Shown: piece by piece, positions 1 through 12,300 of the stretch
Position numbering within the stretch: position 1 is the first letter of the stretch
How the letters are laid out: every line of letters starts with the position of its first letter
Assembly: GCF_000002075.1 (NCBI RefSeq)
Contig: NW_004797541.1
Span: 62,001-120,286 of the forward strand
Source: Aplysia californica
Lineage: Eukaryota
Direction: 5' to 3'
DNA length: 58,286 nucleotides
Program-made: the position numbers and the translations under genes
Notes under the pieces: model-generated
Databases searched by the model: none
Told to the model about the DNA's origin: nothing
The model's input: the letters and a program-made list of their open reading frames with translations, nothing else

Positions 1-238
1 CTGAGTGGGGTTTTTTCCACAATACATTCTACAGTTTTCATTTAAAATCAAAGCTCAGAAAAGAAACCTCACTACACAAGGGGCCTGTTACCCTCAGGAA
101 GAGACGCCCACTAGAAACAGTAAAACTAAGCACTTGCAATTATTTGTCAAGAATAAATGAAAAGTACTCAAAATAAAGAACACACATTACTGCCTATATT
201 ACACATACATGCAGAAACAATATATTGGTAGAACAAAC

Positions 239-347
239 CTGTTTTTTCAGAGGTGTGTTTTTATGCACATTAACAAAAGCCTCTATGTTGTTTGGTTCAA
301 GCTGTAAAAGTCTCAGAGTCCTCACAGTTAGAGAACATCCCTCTTGC
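239..347 (-). CDS. BBS1: BBS1 coding exon 6
   Basis: ttcag|G CAA GAG...AAA CAG|gtttgt; (R)[36 protein letters not shown]. Confidence 0.88.
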
Positions 348-3300
348 CTGAAATACAGAATCATTCAAAGTGACCAGTCTTCCGATTGCCAGTAAAATGA
401 TTTTATCAGAAAATAAAATAATATACCTGAACAAGCATACACATCTCACAGTTTTCACAATCTAAATTTATTTTCTCCCTGTTCACGTAATTTAAATTAA
501 ACGCACAAGTACATATTAAAATAAAAGTAAAAGACAAACGAAAAGAATAAAATTGAACCATTTCAGCTCATGAGCAAAGGTGCTATTAGATGTGACACAC
601 AGCATACAACCATTATAATATATTTTCTAGTGCTACTTTGCTTATTCAATCGTCCTGTACAGTTTATGTTATTCATAAAATTAAACATTGATAAAGTACC
701 CGCCTCATTTGTTTTATTTTGTTACCAAAGCAACCTCTTTCCTTAAACGAAGAGATGCTGAAACCATAAAGTTATATTGTCATAGGAATTGATTTTAAAT
801 ATCAATTAAGCCCACATACCTTAGAGACTCTAGCATATCCCTCATACTGAATACATTCACTTGGTCCTGTGAAATCAGAGTAAGCAAAATAAAACAAAAT
901 ATCATAAGAAGTACACAAACAAAAACTTTGCCTGACCTTTGAACATAAAAAACTACAATAACAGGAACAATGGCTTACACCAGAAAAGTTTACTTCTTTC
1001 ATATTTATAGAAAAATGATAGAGCTTTTTAAACATTTCACAACAGTCTTTGCGCTATCCTGAAAGCTAGAAGATATGAGAGAAAAAATATCATAGACGTT
1101 TAGAAAGGAACAAAACAACAAAACAAAAAAGAAATCAAAAAGAAGGGAAAGAATATTGAAAACTGAAAGAAGAGAATGATTATGAGATTTTAGCAGAGGA
1201 AATCTATCAAGGATACATATCCTTGTTCGACAAGAAGAACACAACATACACTAAAAGCGTATTGTTGATATTCACTCAATTATATCCTGAAATCTATATA
1301 CTTGGCAACTCTGAAACACATTTTTCACTTTTCCCATAAATCTATGACAGCTACAGAGTTGAAAGTTGGCAAGTACGTGCAAAAAGATAGATTGATCCCC
1401 ATGACGAAGCCCGATTTTTTATTCATTCATGTCCTGAATTTATAAAAATATATTTGACTAAAAGTTCCCATCTTTCTTTGGCCTTTGTGATTATTCCACT
1501 GAGAAACAAAACAAATCTGCGTATCTGTCCTCCACAGCGGAAGTGCCGTAAGGGATATTTCGCGAGGCGCATATTGTTTTGAAAGTATAGATCTAGACCT
1601 AATTTTTTGCATCTCTCAAGATTCATTGCTCCATTCCAGTAGAGTGTAAATATAGTAGGCCAATGACTTTCAGTTGAACATTCCTTTCATCGAAAGGGGA
1701 CCCAGCTAGTTTGTCAATATGTAAAGTTGAGCAAACATGCTGAATTAAATAATAAATGACAACAGAAATGAAAATACAAACATCTTTAGCCTGGTTCCAT
1801 AAGTCTTCTTCCATGGGGTGAATATCTAAAGGTGGCAAGGTGAACTTGAAATAAGGTCTCAGATTCTTGTACACATAAATGTAGGGTCCTGAAGCGACTG
1901 CAATGGCTGTAACAAATACATACAAATTGCAAATTCAAAAAATGGGGTACTAAATTTCCTGGACTAAAACATGCTACTAAAACTATCGCTGATACATATT
2001 TTATAAAGATCTAAAATAAAACACTCTTAATCTTAAAGCTTTGGATATCATGAGAAGTTTCAAAGTGAAAGTTAAAAGCGTATTTTGCGAGAGCCTTAAA
2101 GTACATATATGCCACATTCTCAAAAATTCCATTTCCCCAACCAAATATACTAAGTACATTGACACCATGCAGGAAGCTGTGAGACACAGTATTTTCATGA
2201 GTTTGGATCTTATAGATGAGAAGCCTACTCATCATAAGGACCAAGCTGCTTCACAGCAAAGTGAATTCTGTCCTAGTATTACATGGCCAACAACTAACTG
2301 CTGAAATTCTGCGTGTACCTGGAGTTCTTGGCTCCAGAGTGTCCATGTAAAATGTGACCACTCCAGTAGGAAGATCAATTATGGTATGTTCACTCATCAG
2401 CGTTGTATCTGGAATAAAAGCACAATATGTGTCACAATGCAGTGGAATCATGCAGGTGCTCGTCAATTTTTGGGGCATGTGGAGTTATTGGTATTAGCTG
2501 AAAGCATAGGGAGGCATTGCGCTGTCTTTCAACAACAACAACAACAACCTGAAAGCTTGTTCATTTGACCATCTTTTGATGAAAAAAATACACATTTATC
2601 TTGGTTAGGAGTCAAGATATTTGTGATTGAAGGAGGTCAGGGCTGGTTGGTTTCAAAGGTAAAATTAGCGAGAAAAATGGTCGCCAAACTTTGGTGATTT
2701 CCAAAGCTTGAGAGTCCTTGGAAACTGAAAATTTACATTTGTTGTGCTTAAAATCAATGTTTTTCAATAAAATCCACGCATAAATATGTTTTTAAATGGA
2801 CATAAAATGTGCTGAGCCAAAAAACAAAATTAAAAAAAAATTTGTCAAACTTGAGGGAAAATGCCGATATCTTCCATTTCTTTATTTTGACGAACGCCTG
2901 ATTTCACCACACTGCCTCACATATATATATTATATATATATATGGACAATAATAACAAAAAATATTTTGAGAAACTGACATCAATTTACTTTTCCTCTTT
3001 TCACTAAAGATATAAGGGCTGGTTTGTCAGTTGTACTTTCACATTAAACTAGAAGCTACACAAAAACTCAAATGAAAAAGTTATTACCCCAAACGAACAA
3101 GATGTATTATTTCTTCTTTATAAGGAATGACTATACTAAATAGTGATCATACATCACGAAAATGTCTATTTTGCAGTAAAAAAAATTTCATTTAACTACA
3201 GCACTACAAAATGTAGTTCTTAACACAGAAACTCTCTCTAGACTTTGGCCCCCCCCCCCCCCCCCCCCCAATCTTGTTTCCCCTTGTAACAAAAAATCTC

Positions 3301-6300
3301 AATTTATTGCTTGTGCAAAGACCACTAAGAAGACCGCTCATTATGTCTCTACTTTCCTTGTACAAAAGCAAGTTTTGTCTACTTACTTTTGTAAACTTTA
3401 AGCTTCATGTCATAGCTTCCAGTGCCAAGATCTGCCACTATCAGCTTCCAGTCTCCATCTGCCTGAATGTCTGAGAGTGTGAGGCACTGGGTGAAGGTAT
3501 ACAAGGATGCCACAGGGTCGTGGTAGGCATCCAGCCATTTTTCATTTCCTCCAGACCTATGGGTAAGATTGAAATTTTGTTTGAATGATACCACATAACT
3601 ACACACAATCAAAAGGAACAATGTTAATGAAAAAAGTAAGGCTTAACCAAGTGGAAGTGTAGCGGTGATAAAAGAAATCTACTGAGATAAAGAATGAGCA
3701 AAACATCTAAACGGAGTAGTGGCTTTGATCTTTAAAAAATCAGCATTGCTCTTTGGATCACCCCCTCTACAACTAAAGAATGCAGTCAATAGGGAAAGTC
3801 TGCAAGGGACTCTTTGTGACCTATTTAGTTTTAAGCACCCAATCACATGCCGCCTAGTGATCACATGGGGCATACCAGCAGGCAAGTTTGTTCAATTTCT
3901 CGTCTAGTTTCTGGGTCTAGTATGTTATCGGAGGATGGATCGTAATTTTAAGTCGGTAAGAAAAATGAACAACACACTGGGATCTGAAATATTACAGCAA
4001 CAAAGAATAGATCTAGAGTAATCGTACTGGTTCGGGCAGCACGTTTTTTTTTTGTGTTGCTGTCGGGCACTGGAGTACAAAAAGATCGTTTAAAACTTTG
4101 TTTTCAAATCTAGCCCCAAAAGAGTGGCACACAAACCTAAAGCAACCTCCCTTACTTTCGTTGAAACAACAGTTACGGCGATATTTTGCTAAAAATAGTC
4201 CTAAAGACAGCTTTTTCTTCATCAACTGAGCAAAACAGCGTGAAGCTCTTTCCCCGGAAGAGTTAACATTGGTTGTGGATGAAGGAGCCTGTGACCTAGA
4301 TTCTACGTTTTGGTAGACTCTGAAGGCTGGAGAGTTATTTGCATATGAGGCCCTGTCAAGGATGAAAGAGAATTTGCCGTTTAGTCTCGCCGTTTTTGCC
4401 CAAAGGGGGGGTGCCCGGATTGTAACATAAAATCCATAGTTTCTCATCCTTCGGGCACATAAGATAATATAGAGCCAATGGTTATATAACAAAGAATAAA
4501 GAATTTGTGCATAATTTAAATAATAGTAGAGTCAGATAGCATATTAACTCAGTCAGACACCAGTGTAATAGAGTCAGATACCAGTGTGTAATACAGTCGG
4601 ATATCAGTGTAGCCGAGTCAGATCCAGTGTAGCTGAGTGAGCCAGATGCCAGTGTAGTAGAGTCAGATACCACGTAGTAGAGTGGGTCAGATACATACTC
4701 ATTAAAATAGCTATAAATGGTGAATACCACTTTAGACAAACTATCATTGTGTCCAAGTGTTGATAACAAACATTAAAAATCATGTTATTAAGCTTGCAAA
4801 GAAACAAATGTGATAATAATTGAAAATGACCGAATGTCAAAATACTGCCCGAATCCATGAGAAAACCAAAAAATGCGACCGAACTCATAAATAAATCGGG
4901 CGTCACTTTTGCACCCAGTAAGGGCCTCAAACATGAGAACAAGCTGAAACAGGTCATTCCTGGGGTCATCCAATCACATGACTTCCTGTAGCTGGTTTCG
5001 GTTTGTCTCTAGGGCAAGGCAGATAGGAGATATAAAGCTTTAAAGTCGACGTGCCTGTTTTCGTCCTTATTTTGACAGAAGGTAATATTACTCTACATGT
5101 GAAGGTTCTATAGTCTATGCACCAACTCCTCTTAATTTTAGAAACAACGGAAGAAAATCACACAATTAAACTTAGGGCCTAAATAAAAATATCATATTTA
5201 CTAGTCTAGATCTATATTACTATATTTATTACTCACATTATTATATTCAAACTGAAATATCCAGCTGATTCCTATTCCTCCCAGCTATTTATTTTTCATC
5301 AATCAGTTGCAGTATCCTCCTGCGATTTTGTAGCCAGGTTGAGGCTGAGGGGTCTTGGATGTTGTGAGTGACAACAGTAGTAGTGTAACAGTGCAAATGG
5401 CCTGGGCCTTTGTCTGTGTTCGCAGAAGAACTAGACCTGGATCCGTTTGCACCTTCAAAAAGTTATGAACGATTTTAAAAACAATAGACGTAGACCCTAT
5501 CCTCCTATGAATAGAATCAGTCAGATCCGTTGCCGACGAAAACATTTGACGGCCATCTTTAATCACCTTTAGTATAAAAAGCATAACTTAACTTGATTCA
5601 AGAAAATATTCAGAACAAGTATTTAGTGCAAGGGTCAAACTGCTTATATAAATATTTTTTTCTACTCATAAACGCATTTTTTAAAAATTTCCACATATTT
5701 TAAAGAATAAATTAATTCATGCTATTTGTAACGAAAAATAGTTGTTCTCATTCCATTCTGACTATTCCAACCATTTTGTACTCAATAGTTGCCATTTTGG
5801 ATTTCATAAAAAGACATGATACATAGGCCTTGTGTGCTGTGGGGGTTTTTCTTCAGTAAATCGGTTTGTGTTAACCTAATTGATTATATTCTGTGACCAC
5901 ATTATCATTTCTAAATGCTGACATATTATTATTAGAAAAGTACTATTGGAAGCAACACTATTCTCTATCTTTATATAAGAGGCTGTCCACCCCCATCCCG
6001 TTCTAAGGACAATGACAGCACGATTGCAATAAAATCTGGTATATTGACAAGTACTGGCGGATTTTGTAAACGCACTCCCGTTAAAAGGTAGGCCTAGAGT
6101 AAGTTTTAGCAATCTACTGAATTATCGCCTGCTTTATGTAACTGAGCTGACAGCAGGTAAGTGTAAATCTAAAACTGCACGTCTATGCTAGTTTCGAAGT
6201 TTGTTTGAGTTAACCCTTCGTCCCTTCCTTCGAAGAAATTTCGCCTTCTAGACTAAACTAACGAAGTGGCTAGCCGTACTTAAACTTAAGTACGGCTAGA

Positions 6301-9300
6301 CTGAGAGTCTGGCCGTACTTAAGTACGGCTAGACTGCCAGTCTAGCCGTACTTCGATCTAGGTTTGGCCCAATCGACTCAAGCCTGTTAAGTACACAGGT
6401 CTCATTAGATCTAGATCTAATCTAGTAATTATTCAGGTTCAAATACATGCAAGTCAGTAAGGCACCCTTTGGTTTTGTCTGAAATACAATACTTTTGGCA
6501 TTGCAAACTAAAAATTTCATTTACAATTCAGCCATCAATATTAAGTACGGCTAGCCTGCCAGTCTAGCCGTACTTATCTTAGGCCCTATTAACATTAGAA
6601 AACAGGAGGTTTAAAATACATACACTGTCATTAAGGCACCTGGTTTCGTCTCAAATACAAATGCTTTAGGTACTGCACACTAAAAATGTATATTTACAAT
6701 TCAGTAGGCCTATTTTTTGTAAATGGTCAGTCTAGCCATCATATTAAGAATAAGTACGGCTAGACTGTGAGTCTAGCCGTACTTAAGTACGGCTAGACTG
6801 CCAGTCTAGCTGTCATTAAGTACAGCTAGCCTCTTCCCTAAACTAAACTAAAGTAAAATCTAGATTCCTAGGCTACTTCCTCACACTATTATGAAATAAC
6901 TTATTTGATTTTAAAAATGGCCACCTCTATTCTCATCCCGGGTGAGAATAGTGCAGGTGAGTCTTTTGGCTATTCTCACCCGGTGCGCGTTCACCGTTAT
7001 AGCCTAGATCTAGGCCAACCAATTTTTCGTTCACCCTAAACCACAGAATTCTACACTGTGTATCAGTGATAACAGAAAAATTGTAGAATTCTGTGCCGTG
7101 AACAAACGTTCCATTACTACTGTTAGCCTACTAAAAGCGTACAATTTTGTCTGTGGGCAGTGGAGAGAGAGAAAGAGAGAGAAAGAGGAGTAGCGCGAGA
7201 ACTTCCGGGCAAAACAAAATGGCGACCCGCGTAGTTCGGCTCGATTCGAAAAGTTAAATAGATCTAGCCGTAGCATCTTTGTAGACGACCAAATTAATTT
7301 ACTTTTGTGTTTTAACACCATTTTTTAACTTTGTTTTGGTCAATTTGATCATCCACACCGATAGACAGTATTCAGAAAGAGATAGAGAGAGAGAAGAGGG
7401 GAGGAGTAGATCTTGTGAGAACTTCCGGGCAAAACAAAATGGCGACCCCCGTAATTCGGCTCGATTCGAAAAGTGAAATAGCCATAGCATCTTTGTAGTC
7501 GATAAAATTAGCTTACTTTTGTGCTATAACGTAATCTTTTCTTTGCCTTTATCCATTTGATCATCCACATCGATAGAAAGTATTCCGAAATTAGGAAAAA
7601 CAGGTCTTGTTTCACACCGGGTGAGAGTAGCCTACGGTGGCAAGTCTCACCCGGGGTGAGAGGTCGATCGTATTTCTATTCTCACCCCGGGTGAAAATAG
7701 CCACTTCCTTTAAAAATACTTCAAGGAGAACCAGCCAATGCCAGTGATGTTGAATAACTTTCACTACTGTCCCACGCTCAGGTATTGTTATAGATTCTAA
7801 ATATAAATCTTTTCTTATGTTTCCCTCCTATAATTTGATGTTTTGCTTTGGAAGGGGCTGTCCTCACCCGGGGACATGCGATTAAACGTAGAAATACGCA
7901 AACTCTTTTTAGGTACGGTGCGCATCTTGTTTGACGTCAGAATAGGATACCCCTCCGATCAGGTGACTACATCTAAGTATAGCCAACCGCATGGCACCAA
8001 AGATGTAAGTGTACAAAAATTGCCGTAAAGACGCTGGAGGATTAGATCTAGATTCTAGATCTAACCCCCCCACCTCTCCTGCGTTCTTTATCACTAATAA
8101 AATATACATTTAAGGAAGTCAGGCAGCTGCATAACAAAGAAAGTTTTGGATTGGAACCCACAGGGCAAGTCAAGGGGAAGACCTCGTGGAACTTGGAGAA
8201 GAATCACAAATATCGATGTGCAGAAAAGTGGGAAGACATGGAATAACATCAAGAGGCTAGCCCAGGATAGAGAAAAGTGGAGGGTGTTTGTCTGTGGCCT
8301 ATACCCTGATGCAGGGTGAGAAAGGCAATGATGATGATGATGAATATACATTAAAAAACAAACACTTGTGTTTTCCCATAAGGGACAAACAGTAAGCCAG
8401 TCTTTTTCTATATTGTGTGGGCCAACATATTTTCTATATTCTGATCATCTAGTGATTTACTTAGTTTTCATTCATGATTTTACAAATTTTCCGATAACTA
8501 TACTTTTGTTGAGAGCAAGAATAAACTGTATAGTTATTTATATAAATGTTGTGATGCACGATCCAGTATTACCAACTTTAATCAACAAAATGATCACCTA
8601 TAATTTTTGCCTTGGTGCCCTAGAAAATTGCCTCTGTGCCCTCTGATTTTTAGGTTATTTTTGCCTGCCCTCCTGAACACGTAATTCAAGCCCTGAGATC
8701 ACACATACATGGTCACTAAAATTGTCACACAATTGTTTTCAAGAAAATTTCAAATCTAATGGCAAAACATTAGGGGGGGGGGGGAGGGGCATGCCCCTCT
8801 GAGACCCCAGCATTGGTCCACAGCATGAAAATTACTATGCAATTAGGCTTATAAAGTGTAGTATAGTTCAGATAAAATCCATTAAATATTTCAAAAATGA
8901 TTAATTTGCGATGGATGTAAAATTATAAAGTCAATGTTCGTGTAAAACGGATAAAAGTGAAAAGAAAAGGGAATACATACCTGAGCATAAGATGGTTTTG
9001 AACGTAAAATAATGCTGAAAAGTGCTATAAATACCTTGCTTAGCGTGAGACAAATGTGAAAGTTAAATATTATTGTAGTGAAAAGTGCTATAGAATCAGC
9101 TTTCTTTACACTGCGACTACACAAACTGCTTCATCAAGGGAGCATCAAACCATAAAAGCTTTGAATAAGCATCAACTGTCGTATATATCTAGAGCAATCG
9201 TGCAACTATTTAAGAAAAATATTTAAGTGTTTAAACATTGATCAGGATCATGATTATCCCTACTTCCTCTGAACATGATCTTAACCAACAATTTTGACAA

Positions 9301-12300
9301 TTTTAAGGTTGTATTGAGTCAGAAATTGGGTAAAGGTTTCAAACTCACTTGACCGAATCTTTGCATAGTTCTCCAAAGCAAAGATATTGAGTCTTGAATG
9401 CTTTTTGCAGTCTCTCCTCGATTTCCCACCAGTCCAGTGGTCACGTGTGACAACTCTTGATCATAAAACGGTACTCTAGGATTGTGGATATCCACAGTCA
9501 GCGTCACAGCACTGCTACCTTATTTAACGACACAATGCGGGTGTTGGCAAACGCAGTGTTTACAAAGTGTCACAAAATTCCCCCCGACATAGTATCCCAG
9601 TTGCCACGATATCATATTTAGAAATTTGTTGCTACCAAAGAAACACATGTGGACATTACATTTACTTGAAGTTGATATATATTCTGTTCTCTGCAGTTAG
9701 ACGGGTGGGTGGTGCACAGACCAAAAGATCATTTGTAAATGTTGTGACTTCATGGTGATTTTTATGTTTGCTTAAAATGTTGCGAATTACAGCAACCCAT
9801 CTTTCTAATTTGAAAGCAGAAGCATGTATACATGAACTCTCCTCCCTTCTTGTCTTGAAAAGCCATTCCAAACCTGTATTTCTCATTCTGTATCCGAAGC
9901 ACAGTGTTTTTCCTCAAAATGTTGTTTAGCTAGAATTTTGCTTCTGAAATGTTTTCTGTACTGTACATGTAATATGGCGAGGCAAGTTTGTATGCATGGA
10001 ATCATGTTCTCCGGCACGGGGTTTGTATGTGATATGAGGTTGTGAACTTCTCTGTGTGCATCAGGGCTTTAAAAGTTTTTTAAAGACGTATGAGGTGATT
10101 GTTTTGTTCACTTTATCTGTGATGTATTTGTGGCAATGATTGCCGATAAAGGAGCGCCTGTGGTATGCTTGAGGTGTGATACTGTGTTGGTCACAACAGT
10201 TGTCTAGCTCTGAGCAAATAGATGCGGACAAAGGAGCGATGGACTTGAGTTCTAAACAAGCGTTTTGATTTTCTGCTAAAGACAGTTTCTCTAAACTCTT
10301 GAAAACTTTTCCCAGTCATCGTCAGTGAAAGGAAAAAAATGCACTGCCTTGTTTGAATTGGATCTTTTCTTCAAGCTCCGCAGTTCTCTTAAAGTTAAAG
10401 TTGTTGCCTTGAGGATTGATGCAAGAATGCTGAAACAGCTTTGCAATCATTTTCTGAAGTGACTGCAAAGCTATTTTCATGTCTGCATTATGAGCAGCGT
10501 TCTCAAGAAGGCGATGATGCTTTAGCATAATTCCCAACAGAATGTGCAGATATGGAGGAGCAGTTTCACTAGGCTAAGGATCCACATTGATTATTAGGCT
10601 ATGACAACAATACAGCCTTACATTTTTCTATATCCCTTTCCTGGTAGTCTTAAACTGTTTGTGATCATGCTTCATGCATGGTGGCAAGTTTTGGTGGAAT
10701 CAGTTGCTACTGGATATTTGTTTTCTTGATTTTTTAAATTTTGCCTGTAAAATGGGTTGTCCTGCTTTTCTTTAAATCAAATTTGAGTTGGAATTATACA
10801 GAGTTGTCTTTTAACAAAATGTGTGCTGAGTTTTTGTTCTTATTCTCTAGTGAAAATTCTTGTTGGCTTGGGGACAGTTGTAGTGACTGAGCAAATAATG
10901 TGTCGTGTTTGAATACTGGTGATGTGCTGCTGTCTTTTATAACCTTGAGCTGTTTGGATGGCATAGCCGGAGCAATGAGCACGGCTTTGCTTGCCTCGAG
11001 GGACTCATTACTCGCAGTCTTTGTCTCTTGTGAGAAGCAGTCCGATTCAAAAATGTCTATTGATGAATGAAAATCTGATGTGTCTGTTTGTGGGGTTGTG
11101 TTTTCAAGTGACTGTCCTGTCATGAAAGAAGCTGTGGTTTCTGGTGTTTGAGTTATGCTTTCGTCTGCTGGCGGCGGGTCCAGTGTTTGTTGCGTTGTTG
11201 ATGTTGAAACTGTTATTTCAGATATTACTGTGTTCTTTTTTTGGCCTGTATTCTTGCTACCCATCCTGCTTTTCTTGTGCTGCAAACAAACAGGACAGTT
11301 TTCCGTGGCTACATCATAGCCAGTCCAAAGATATGTGCTGCTTTGTGCCAGCTGCCGAGCTGTCACAACTGCGCCTTGATAGGCGTGTTTTTTAATGTTT
11401 CTCAATCTATCAACACAAGAGTAACACAGTGTAGATGAGTGGATGTTCCACTCATCGTTTTTTACAGTTACACCAAATGCCAGGAGAATGTCACAAGCAA
11501 AGTCAACACACTTATACATTTTTGGCTTTTGACGTTTTTGTTTACAAGTCAGTGATCTCCTTCCACAGGTCCTGCATAGTTCGTGCGAATTGCGGAGATG
11601 CAACTGCTCTGTGTGGGGCTCCATTCTGAGATCAACTAGATTTAAAACAAAACAAAACAGTCCAGTAAGCACTGAACAGAAGACGCCCCTGTAATTATAA
11701 ACATTAATTTAAAATCTATCGTGAAATCCGAATCCGTAGAATCACATATTGGAGAACGTAGTCCAATAAATATCTAGAGATGTGAACGGGGAGATCGAGC
11801 AAAGCTATCATCTTAGCCTATACGGGGGAGAGCTGAGCTTTGAAACACATTGTCGTAAGTTATAGCGTGCGTTGGGAAGGACGCCACAATCTGGAGGAAA
11901 AGCGTTACGCAGCCGGGCGGGCGGGGGGGCGTAGCTGCATCACTTTAAATAACTGACAAACACGTGTCGGTCTCTGAACATGTGTGTGGACTAAAGGAAC
12001 GGTTTTCAGGCTGTTATAGCTTGTCCACTATCAACTGCTGTCCGCGTGAAAAATTCTGCAGGTGGTTGAAGCTTGGGTTGGAGCAGAGGGTTGGAGGGCG
12101 CCACTGGTAGGGCCATATATTTTTTTTAAAATTACTTTCCCTCTGTTGTTTCTATGTGTCTTATTTTTTCTCAGCACTTAAAATTTAATGACCATCATTA
12201 TTATTGTGTTGATGTGTTCCTCTTTACTCAATTAAAAAAAAATATTAATATAATCTATCTCATTTATTAGTTTATTTACCAAGATATATGCCCTTGAAAT

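Noticed and set aside
3249-3269. Poly-C/poly-G tracts (also ~8773, ~13457, ~17920) as functional G-quadruplexes
   Set aside because: They recur throughout the window as simple homopolymers with no positional evidence of function.
9531-9580. RSS-like CACAATG + 24 nt + ACAAAGTGT beyond the 3' end of the RAG1-like ORF
   Set aside because: The nonamer match is only 5/9, the spacer is not 12 or 23, and no matching inverted end or TSD was found at 11700-12450; compatible with chance.
8350-9600. Convergent RAG2-like gene as in ProtoRAG
   Set aside because: No kelch- or PHD-like reading is visible on the + strand.
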